The position numbers and the translations under genes were made by a program. Shown here in pieces: positions 13,601 through 23,776 of a DNA stretch of 63,775 nt (positions are counted from its first letter, which is position 1; every line of letters begins with the position of its first letter). The notes beneath the pieces are model-generated. The model saw only the letters and a list, made by a program, of their open reading frames with translations. It was not told the DNA's origin and did no database searches. The DNA comes from Lama glama (Eukaryota), in NCBI GenBank assembly GCA_028534125.1, contig CM052817.1, forward strand, positions 28,026,001 to 28,089,775. Direction: 5' to 3'.

Positions 13601-14199
13601 TCATTCAGCACTAACCACACACTTAGCATTGCTCTAAGGACTTCAGGGCATCATTTAATCCTAGTAACAGTTGATGTGGTTACTTGATTAATGTCTGCCC
13701 CCTGTCCTGGACTGCAAGCTCTATCATGGCTACTTTTACTCACTGGCGTATTCCCAGTATTTTGTCTCTGAACACTGCAGACTTTAAATAAATATTTGTT
13801 TTATAATGAATAAAGTAAACCAGTGTTTAACTTAACAGGTGTATAGCAAAGAAGGCATGATTTTTATGATGAATAGTAACAATGTAATGAACAACCTTGA
13901 CTCTTACCATAAGAACTGGCATTTGACATGATGCAGATTTTTTTTAAACTAAGAGTTCTCCAATAATTCTATAGTATTTTCAAATAAGCATTAGGTTATT
14001 TGTTACTTACACATAAAAATAGGAAATCATGTTATGTGATGGTGTCTAAAGCATCAAGAGTTAAAATGCACTGGGGTGGTCAAGTCTTAGGTAATTCTTA
14101 CTGTTTCATTACAAATTTTTTAAAACTGCTGTTTAGTAGAATATGAAGGAAGGTTTACTAGAATATAGGCTCTGTTTTCTTCACTGATGTAAGAGTGGT

Positions 14200-14500
14200 A
14201 GACATTACTAGGTTCACCAATATCTAGTTCTCCTCTAATTCCACGGACTGAGATTACATCTCCCTTCGTCATGTCACTAGTTCTAACATTGCGCTGTAAG
14301 CATATGTGTGATATGTACCATTTCTGGGCCAACATGCAGAAGAAGTGAGACCTCCATCTCTCTCCTCCTCTGTCCTGGTGACCACCGATATTCCACAGAG
14401 CTGAGCCCTGACTTAGCTGCAGCCCTGAGTAACTACATGAACAATGGCGTCTCCTGCCCTTCCTTCTGCCTGGACAAAAACTTGCAAGACATCCTAATAT
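14200..14500 (+). mobile_element. Old MaLR (MLT1-like) LTR remnant, approximate bounds
   Basis: Degenerate MLT1-type motifs (gattacatctccc...gtcactagttct...ccatttctgggcc). Confidence 0.4.
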
Positions 14501-14981
14501 AATTCCTAATGAATGCCTGGTACCTAAGTACTGCTTCATATATTTTTGTTGAATAAACAAATTATGTATTAATTATAATTATTGAAAGAGATACTCTTTG
14601 TCCAACTATGTAAACTATTGTTTTATTTTTTTCCTTTTCTAGGGAGTACCATTTCAAACATTGTCACCTTATGCTGATATAAACTTATCAAACCATTCTC
14701 AGAAAACATTTTAGTCAATTTCTTAGCACTGATTTTACTGGAAAACTACTTCACATGATACTCTTCTTACCCCACAATATTATTATTACATCCTTCATGA
14801 ACTGCCTGAAAAGCTGCTTTCTAAAGTATTCAATTATTACATGATGTCAATAAGAGTTCTGTTAAAAACAACCAAACTTCTTGGGTACCATTTTATTTAC
14901 TATGTATTTTCATAGAGAGGAGTACTAGAAACCACGGCTGAAGAGCTTTTAGTTTCACTAGGGAAAAGAAAAGAAAACTGA

Positions 14982-15450
14982 GAGGCAGTTTAGAGCAGTG
15001 ATTATAAGGCAGCGTTTGGAGCCAAACTGCCTTGTTTGAATTCTCACAGCTCAGTTCTGAGCTCTGTGACCTCCAGCAAGTTACCTTACCCCTCTGTGCC
15101 TCCCCTGCCTCATCTATAAAATGGGGATAATATTAACAATCCTTTAAAGGGTTGTTTTAAGATTTAACAAATGAAAAGGACATATAACAAGTATATGGAA
15201 CCCAGAAGCTCAATAAATGTTATCAACATTATTGTTGGTGACTCACCACAATAATACACAGGAAGATGGGATGGAATTCTGATTCCATCGACTTCTTGTG
15301 CAGGTTACATGACCTCGCTAAGCCTCAGCTTCCTTAACTTTAAAATGGGGTTAATATTCAATTTTCAAAATTATCGAAGGAATTAAATAAAAAAAAATTT
15401 GCAGAAACAACAGCACAACTCCTAGTAAATAACAGATGCTCAATGAAAAT
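14982..15450 (+). mobile_element. Two adjacent MIR SINE remnants
   Basis: MIR core seen twice: tgtgacctccagcaagttacctt..cctctgtgcctc..ctcatctataaaatggggataat and gcctcagcttccttaactttaaaatgggg. Confidence 0.75.
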
Positions 15451-16513
15451 TAAGTTAATGAAGAAAGAAAAGGGAATACATAAGGCAAAGAAAGAGACAA
15501 AATTGTAGTAAAGACCAAACTTTATGGACTGCCAAGTCCAAGCACAGTTTAAAGGATGGCATGTCTGTGTGGAGAGATGCGGGTGAGAAGAGAGTCCCTT
15601 GAATTTTTAGCTAGTGGTCCCCACAAGTATGCCACTTCCAACAAGAGGCCTATGTTTCACACACACATGTGCACACACATGCACACCCTCTGTCTGCACT
15701 CCTAGACAGCTGGATAGCTTTGAGGCAGATGATCTGCATGGTCAGTGTGCCCATTTCTAATAGGCCAGTGATGCTATTGATCATGTGTTCTTCATGAGAT
15801 CCAATTTGATTCTTTACAAAAATAATAGAGGTGTTTGTACAACCCAAAAGTCAGAGCTTTCTAAAGAATGCCTCAGTCTTTCCTTGCCTTACCATCTGAC
15901 TTGCTTGAGTCCTGACAGAAGGTCATTTCAGACAGGCAATATATTTATTTAAAGGACATAGAAAAAAATATTAGCTTCCTTGACTGAAGTAGTTACTGAC
16001 TTCCCCTTTTCTCTACTATGGAATAATAAAAATAGCAAATCTGCTGTTACGTTCTTTTCATAAAGGGAAATTTAGAACTACTAAAATGAGACGAACAGGA
16101 ATCAAAGGTACTTAATAAAGGGAAAACTATGGTATATACATTGAAAAATAATAGATATAAAAAAACTTTACATTTAGGTAACTTGGAGGTACTGTTTAAT
16201 TTGAAATAACGTTCAAATTGAAAATTGAGTGTAATTGAAAAAAATGTGCAAATACATTTTTCTCTCCAAGCCAATTACTACATTCAAATGAATTTATTTC
16301 ACTACAAAGGTATAAACATAAGAGGACATTGTAATAAGCATTCTGTAATATTACTCCTATAGAAATCAAGAAGAATTAACTCCAAGGGTAGGAGCATATT
16401 TTAAAACTCTTTTAAGCTGAATGGGTATTTAATTTAGAAAGAAACTAATATTTCAAAGTATATATATAAAAATAACAGAGTCACATTTACTTCTGAAAAA
16501 AATAAATACTTAC

Positions 16514-16612
16514 AATATCTTCTATTATCTCTTTGACGGCTGCCACAGCTAAAATAAATAAGAGAGGAACCAGTGTTGTGTAGCGACCTGTTGGTGATAC
16601 GTCAGGTATTTG
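16514..16612 (-). CDS. ATP8A1: ATP8A1 coding exon 4 ([35 protein letters not shown]1-2 loop and TM2)
   Basis: U-rich tract then aaatag|CAAATACCT...GAAGATATT|gtaagt; 99 nt. Hand-translated; absent from the ORF track. Confidence 0.96.
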
Positions 16613-17583
16613 CTATTTGAAGAAAAAAAAAAATAAAATTCAGTAAGAACTAAAAAGTTTATAATACATTTAAAAACAACAAAGTTCTTAGTGCTTCTTA
16701 AGATACACTTCATTGATTTCCCTATCCTGGCAGAATAACACTGGGTAAGGCAATTTGCATGTATCTAATAAGTGGCTAAAAGAGGATGCTAATCAGCTTC
16801 ATAGCAAACAGTTGTGTGTAGGACTAACACCTACAAGGGGAGACTGGTTAACTAAATTCCAGTATATTCATATACTAAAATTTCATACAACCATTAAAAC
16901 TGATATTTTAGAAATACAATGAATCTCTTGGAAAAATATCCACACATTACTATATAACAAAGCAGATGCTAAGACAAATGTTCTCTGTGATCCTCTTTTT
17001 ATAAACTAAGTCAGTTAACAATGCTTGGGATGAAAAAAAAAAGGCTAGAAGGATATACACTCAAATTTTAAGACAGTACTTGACTCTGGGTGGTGGAATA
17101 ATAAGAGTTTAAATCTTTTTCTTTATGGTTTGTTGTGTTTTCTTATCTTTTTACATAAACATATACCACCTTTTAATAAAATAAAACATGTTTTCTGATC
17201 ACAACTAACCCAAATAGAAAACAAAAAAGGTTTTAAAATGGTAACGCTTATGTCCTAAGGTTCAGAATTGACAATGTTACTGTTATTAAAATAAGCTGAT
17301 GTTTTAAGAAAAAGATTCCATCCCCCTTTACCACCCAAAATGAACAGTGCTTGCCACATCGAATTTACAGAATGTTTAAAATAAGCTGATTGAATGAAAG
17401 GGCTTGACGAGGTAGCAGTATCGTGGCAGGCTTTGCGGCAGGAGTTGGAAATGCTCACCCAAACCAGCTTATCTCTCTGTGTTTGGATAAGCTTTGGAAG
17501 ATTGATCATGCCCTTGACAAAAATACTTATTAATAACTGAACACATGACCTTGAACTAACGTTTTACAATGACATGACTTTAC

Positions 17584-17683
17584 CTGAAGCAGTGCAATAA
17601 AGAGAAAAAATGAATTCGCGGCTCTTCTGAACTGAGAGTAGAGAAATCTCGGAAGGAATGTGATTATGTTGTATTTCGCAGTG
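17584..17683 (-). CDS. ATP8A1: ATP8A1 coding exon 3 ([35 protein letters not shown]1)
   Basis: ttttctag|CACTGCG...CTTCAG|gtaaag; 100 nt; P4-ATPase N-terminal TAKYN..FLP motif. Confidence 0.97.
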
Positions 17684-18589
17684 CTAGAAAACAAAGTGAA
17701 CAGCAGCACACATATTACTCCACCCTGACAAAATTCTGTTATCATCGTATGAAAATTTTGATGATGAAAAACTGCCCTCTGTTTCTAATTGGGAGAATAT
17801 TGCAAATGATCATTTATTTACCTGAATGAAAGGAACTGTCTAAATAGTAAGAGTTTAATTTTCTGCATTATGTCTTTTGCTCTCTTTGGCCAATCATCCA
17901 GTGTAACATGACTAGCAGTAGCTTGCTTACAAAGAAGAACAACTTCAGTTAATATAGTATATAATGTTAATAGAAAACAATATATTGCAAAAAATAAATC
18001 AGCAATTTGAGCAGGACCAGAAACGTTAGAGCTGGCTTCCCTGGCTAACTGCAGAGGAATGGGGAATTTTCTGGGTTCTGCTTGACTTTTCTTCATGGCT
18101 CCTCTAGAAACATGGCGAGGACTCCACACTCAACACACCAGCCACATCCACAATCAAACCTCCAACCTTCCTCTTGTTAATTAAAGAGAAAGGAGGTTAA
18201 AGGGACACATGCCACACTTCCCAAGCTCAGAAAAGTTACTCCAGAACTTGAAGGTGTAAATATTAATTATAAATGGTCACTTCACAAATCTAGGAATTTT
18301 ATCGCTGGAAAAACACTGGGCTGACACGGGGCAGGGGGCTGTTCTCTTGGTTCCAGAGGCCACTTAGTGACTAGTACCTAAACAGCAATATTTTTACATT
18401 ATTGTTGGAATGAAAATATTCACCAGTGAAGTAATTCTCAGAGCCCTCCCTTCCTTGACACCACACTGAATTTTGCAAATATCCAAAGCCAATGTTTGAA
18501 GGCTATTTAACAAAAAGGAGTTCTAAGTGAAGAACTGCAAACTTCTTTTTAAAGGTTAAAACTTGTTCATCAAAAACAATAGCTCACAG

Positions 18590-18730
18590 AGGAGGAGGGT
18601 GTAGCTCAGTGCCAGAGGGTGTGCTCATTAGCAAGCGTGAGGTCCTAGGTTCAATCCCCAGTACCTCCATAAAAAAAAAAAAAACAACTAATGATACATA
18701 AATAAACCTAACCACCACCCCCCTCCAAAA
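18590..18730 (+). mobile_element. tRNA-Ala-derived SINE (camelid Vic-1-like)
   Basis: ggagggtgtagctcagtg (A box)...ggtcctaggttcaatcccc (B box) agtacctcc, then an A-rich tail. Confidence 0.85.
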
Positions 18731-19056
18731 GTAGTTCATGGTTCTATTAACAGGTTTGATACAAAGGCACTCACCCATGAACCGCTCTCATTATTCAGAC
18801 ACTATACGGGGAAGTGGCAGAGTGTAGCCGCTTATCTTTTTGCTCTTTCCTGCTTCTAGACTCTTACTAACATCTCCTTATTGGCTAGAGGCAGAGACAC
18901 AGCTGATTCACACGGCCTCCAGTAAGCTCTTAAATACTAAACTGGTTTAAGTGAAAGCTCCTTGCCAGCACTTTCGCCTTGGTGGGCCAGGGCAGATGCT
19001 CTGCCAGAGTTCTCTGGCGAGAGCCGGTCCCCATGGCACTCTCAGGTAGTTCCTAC

Positions 19057-19171
19057 CTGACGTGGTTATTGCAGAATTTTGTCAGCTGGGGCTGGTTGAT
19101 GAATATAGTCCTTACTTCCTCCTGGTCAGCCAAGGAAGTCTTCTCTGAAACATCATCGGTCTTCTCATAAC
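19057..19171 (-). CDS. ATP8A1: ATP8A1 coding exon 2 (-YEKTDDVSEKTSLADQEEVRTIFINQPQLTKFCNNHV-)
   Basis: ctctttcag|GTTATGAG...CACGTCAG|gtagga; 115 nt; in phase with exons 1 and 3. Confidence 0.97.
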
Positions 19172-20721
19172 CTGAAAGAGAGACAGTCTTCTTGCTCGGT
19201 TTCATTTCATCATGCAGACCAAAACCACGTTTCTTAGCTATTCTAGAAACTGAAATCTGTGAAAAGCTAGATGCTTCCCCCTTATTGGTCTTGTTTCTGT
19301 TTAATAAAAGGAAAAATCCCCACATCTAACGGTTCTGCTAAATTTAAACGGCAGCATTTAATAGTCATCTGCAACTAACTCATTTCAAAAGCAGCAACAT
19401 CAACTTTTAGTTTGTATTCATCTGGCCCTGTAACTGTTCAACTGGTTTTCTTCTACTACATAAGAGTATTTCTAAAAGTAACACAAAAGTTTAAAATGGT
19501 TTACGATCTAGTTTTAGATAAGACTAACAAGACAGAGGTAATTACAACATATTCTGAAATTTTAAGATTACACATTGAAGGCTTTTCTGTTTTTTTTTTT
19601 TTTTTGGATACAGACAGAAAGAGAAACATTAAGGTTTAAATTAGCAACTACCACAATGATCTAACTATGATCATCTTAACCTTCCTTAGTAATTAGAATT
19701 TATGTCCACAAATGAATTTTAAGTTTCTTAACATCACTTCAAGTCACCTCACAATCACTGAAACAATGCAAATAGATACAATTTCAATTGGGTCACATCT
19801 TGTTGCAATGCTGATAACACTTTTAAAAATACATACAGGTTCTAGGAGAAAAGATAAAATTTTAAATAGTTTATTTTACCTTCTAGTGAGAATCAGACTT
19901 GATTAAAGCAACCCCTTGCCCATTTCCCAGAAAGGGTTACCAACAGCATTTTATCTCAAACACTTACTTTTCTTCTCCTTTCTGCCAAGCCAGTGCCAAC
20001 TCCTAAAAGACCTGCCAACATGGGGTCTCTTCTGGAGTGTTCTCTGGTGCTAAAGTCAGTGCACCTCCTCTATGAGCCTAGAGGCCTCTACACCTTCCTG
20101 TCTCCAGCAAAACACTTACCAGAAAGCTGTGGCACTGCCTTCTTGAGTCAATCTCCCCCTACCAGAAGGGGAGCTCCATGGGCCAAAGCTGGTATGTTAC
20201 CCCTCTTCTAACATCAATAATAACAAACTGCAGGTTCTCAATAACTGTTTGCCAAATAAAAACTGAAGGGCAAAGGAGTGGGTATGTGGCCAATTTTTTC
20301 AGGGCAGGCAAATGCTTCTCCATCCACTGATAAAGACACTAAGGACAGCCAAGTGCCTGTGGGGCTCTGTCACTCTGGGAAACCAGAACATCACCTTGGC
20401 TTTCTACAAAGGTGGGCAACATGAGCACAGGGACCAGAGTGGGAGAAAACAGTATAGTGTGTCCGGGACAGGGCAAGTAAGCAACATCCTAAAGAACACA
20501 CAAAAGGCAAGGTGAGGACAGGTGAGATGCAGTGCTGAAAAACCACACAGGCCAGGTTTCAGAGGACTGCTCATGCTTGTGAGGAAGTCTGAATCGTATC
20601 CTCTGGTTGGCCGTGAGCCACTGAGAGCTTTCCAAGCAGAGAGGCACAGAGCAAGAGTCACATTTTATACTCATCATTCTGGAGTCACATGGCTCCAAAT
20701 TAAGCACTGTCATACTATTTT

Positions 20722-20886
20722 TTAAAAAATATTTAATTTATTTTTTGTTTGTTTGTTTATTTTGTTTTCAGGGAGAGGGAATTAAGATTTATTTACTTAT
20801 TTATTTTAATGTCAGTGCTGGGATTGAACCCAGGACCTTGTGCACGTTAAGCATGCACTTTTCCACTGAGCTATATCTTCCCTCCT
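20722..20886 (-). mobile_element. tRNA-derived SINE (Vic-1-like) with 14-bp TSD
   Basis: gggattgaacccaggacc...ccactgagctata plus a T-rich tail. TSD tgtcatactatttt (20708-20721) / tgttatactatttt (20887-20900). Confidence 0.85.
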
Positions 20887-21025
20887 TGTTATACTATTTT
20901 GCAGTTTTAGACACATTAGCAGCTTTGCCCACAGTCTTATGGTAATAATTATTTGTCACTACACTGTGTTTTAGGTACAACACAAGATTTCCCCCTAGTA
21001 TATATAGTCAAAAATTCATATATGA

Positions 21026-21626
21026 TCCAGAGAAAACATTAATTCAAAAAGATACATGCACCCCAATGTTCACAGCAGCACTACTTACAATGGCCAAGAC
21101 ATGGAAGCAATCTAAATGTCCATCGACAGATGACTGGGTAAAGAAGCTATAGTGTGTATACAATAGAATATTATTCAGCCACAAAAAGAATGAAATAGTG
21201 CCATTTGCAACAACATCGATGGACCTAGAGATGATCATATTAAGTGAATCATGTCAGATAAAGAAAAATATCATATGATATTACTTATATTTGGAATCTT
21301 AAAAAATAATACAAATGAACTTATTTACAAACCAGAAAGAGACTCATAGACATAGAAAACAAACTTACAGTTACCAAAGGGGAAAGGGCAGGGGGAAGGG
21401 ATAAATTAGGACTTTGGGATTAGCAGATACAAGCTACTATATACAGAACAGATAAACAAGGTCCTACTGTACAGCTCAGGGAACTATATTCAATAGCATA
21501 TAATAACCTATAATGGAAGAGAATCTGAAAAGAGAATATATGTATGTATAACTGAGTCACTTTGCTGTAACATGAAACTAACACAACATTGTAAATCAAC
21601 TATACTTCCATAAAAAAATAGTAAAA
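21026..21626 (+). mobile_element. 5'-truncated L1 (end of ORF2 + 3' UTR) with 16-bp TSD
   Basis: L1 ORF2 tail motifs (aaagatacatgcaccccaatgttcacagcagc). TSD aaaaattcatatatga (21010-21025) / aaaaattcacatatga (21627-21642). Confidence 0.9.
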
Positions 21627-21646
21627 AAAAATTCACATATGAATTC

Positions 21647-22012
21647 CTATAGAATGAATGCTCATGGCTCCTCCAAAATTCGTATGTTGAAATCCTAACC
21701 TTCAATATGATGGTATTAGGTGGAGAAGCTTTGGGGAGGTGATTAGGTCCTGGTAGTGGAGCCCTCAGAAGTGGGATTAGTGCCCCTTTAAAAAGAGGCC
21801 CCAGAGGAATTCCTCTTCCCTTCTACCACATGAGGACACTGGGAGAAGACAGCCACCCGTGAACTAGGAAGCTGGCCCTCACCAGACAGCAAATCTGCCA
21901 GGCCCCTGATCTTGGATTTCCCAGTCTCCAGAACTGTGAGAAGTAAATTTCAGCTATTCACAAGCCAGTCAGCATATGGTATTTTGTTACAGCAGCCTGA
22001 ACAGAGGAAGTC
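21647..22012 (+). mobile_element. MaLR solo LTR (MLT1A-like)
   Basis: ccaaaattcgtatgttgaaatcctaacc...gggattagtgccc...ccagaactgtgagaagtaaattt...tggtattttgttacagcagcc are hallmark MLT1A motifs. Confidence 0.85.
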
Positions 22013-22554
22013 ATGGATTATCAAATAAAGGCAGATTAGTATCAAAAAATCTTTAAAATCTTTCATCAGATTTTCCTTAGTGACAGCACAAAGACTGTAG
22101 TGTATTGTTTATTGCACCTCAACTGGGCAAAGGGCCTCAGGGAAACCAGCTCTCTGCTCAGAACTGGTGTCCTCAAGTTGCACTTACTTGACATAACTGA
22201 ACTTTTGAGGGCCTGGCCCTGGGGTGTGCTCAGCTGAGGAATGAGGTGTCACCCCTTATCTGACACTTCCCTCTTGTAGTGGGGTCTCAAATGCTGCCAG
22301 GTGGAGTTGGAAATCACCTCTTCTCCTCACACACTAATTTGCATTCAAGAATTCCTATGGGGAAAGGACCCTCCTAGGACAAATGGATTGGAATCACTTC
22401 TTCCCTTAAATGGGAGTCAGCGTAATTAAAACAAATCCAAGGGGCTTGGTAGGACCCTCACCAAGGTCTGATAGTAAGGGACCTCTAAAGAGAAAACTCA
22501 CCAAAACGAGGGGAAAAATCTAGACTGCTGACCTGTTCTCAAGAGTAGGGCCAT

Positions 22555-23776
22555 CAACAGGCACATGAGAAGATGCTCAACATCGCTAATCATCAGGGAA
22601 ACACAAATCAAAACCACAATGAGATATTACCTCACATCTGTCAAATGGCTACCATCAAAAAGAACACAAATAACCAATGCTGGTGAGGACGTGGACAAAA
22701 GGCAGCCCCCTACACTGTTGGTGGGAATGTAAACTGGTGCAGCCCCTGTGGAAAACAGCATGGAGGTTTCTCAAAAAACTAAAAATAGAACTACCACGTG
22801 ACCCAGCAATTCCACTCCTGGGTATATATCTGAGAAAAACAAAAACGCTAATTCAAAAAGATACATGCACCCCAGTGCTCACAGCATTATTTACAATGGC
22901 CAAGATATGGAAGCAACCTAAGCGCCCACTGACAGATGACTGGATAAAGACGATGTGGTAAATATATATGATAGAATCCTACTCAGCCATAAAAAAGGAG
23001 GAAATTTTGCCACCTGCAACAACATGGATGGACTTGGAGGGTATTATGCTAAGTGAAGAAAGTCAGACAGAAAGACTAATATCATATGATATCACTTATG
23101 TGTGAAGCCTAAAAAAAATCCAACAAATTAGTGAAAATAATAAAAAAAGAAACAGACTCACAGGCACAGAGAACAAATTAATGGTTACCAGTGGGGAGAG
23201 GGAAGAGGGGAGGGTGATTTAGGGGTAGGGGATTAAGAGGTAAAAACCTTTAGGTATAAAATAAACCACAAGGACATACTGTACAACACAGGGAACACAG
23301 CCAATATTCTATAATAACTATAAATGGGGCATCATAACCTTTAACAACTGTGAATCACTATATTTACACCTATAACTTATGTAATATTGTATAAGATGGA
23401 GCACAAGGGATTTTTAGGGCGATGAAATTATTCTGTATGATACTGTAGTGGTGGCTACATGTCGTTATGCATTTGTCAAAACCCATAGAATGTAAAACTT
23501 TAAGAGTGAACCCTAATGTAAACTATGGACTTTGGTTGATAATAACGTGCCCATGTTGGTTCATCGATTGCACCAAATATGTCACACTGATGAGGGATGT
23601 TGACGGTAGGGGAGTATGTACGTGTGGGTGGGGAGGGCTATGTGCGAACTCTGTATTTTCTGCTCAGTTCTGCTGTAAACTTGAAACTGCTCTAAAGAAA
23701 TAAAGTCTATTAAAAATATAGTATATAAACTATACTTCAATGTTAAAAAATGACTTTAAAGGATTGAAAAAAAAAA
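22555..23776 (+). mobile_element. L1 (ORF2 C-terminus + 3' UTR) interrupted by a second L1 3' end
   Basis: ORF 22677-22961 gives [36 protein letters not shown]. Degenerate TSD aagagtagggccat / aagagaaggatcat. Confidence 0.88.
23394..23714 (+). mobile_element. L1MC1-like 3' UTR nested in the host L1
   Basis: tttgtcaaaacccatagaatgta..agagtgaaccctaatgtaaactatggactttgg...ctgtaaac..aaactgctctaaa..aataaagtctatt. Flanked by aatattgtata / aatatagtata. Confidence 0.75.

Noticed and set aside
17305..17345. Faint resemblance to mitochondrial tRNA-Pro (gaaaaag...cacccaaa), i.e. a NUMT
   Set aside because: Only two short words match; not supportable without a search.
17530..17745. ORF extending exon 3 on both sides
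   Set aside because: Short intronic read-through around canonical splice sites.
18590..18670. Possible tRNA-Ala genes (also at 20.8 and 51.4 kb)
   Set aside because: Degenerate arms, A-rich tails and TSDs in several dispersed copies indicate SINEs.
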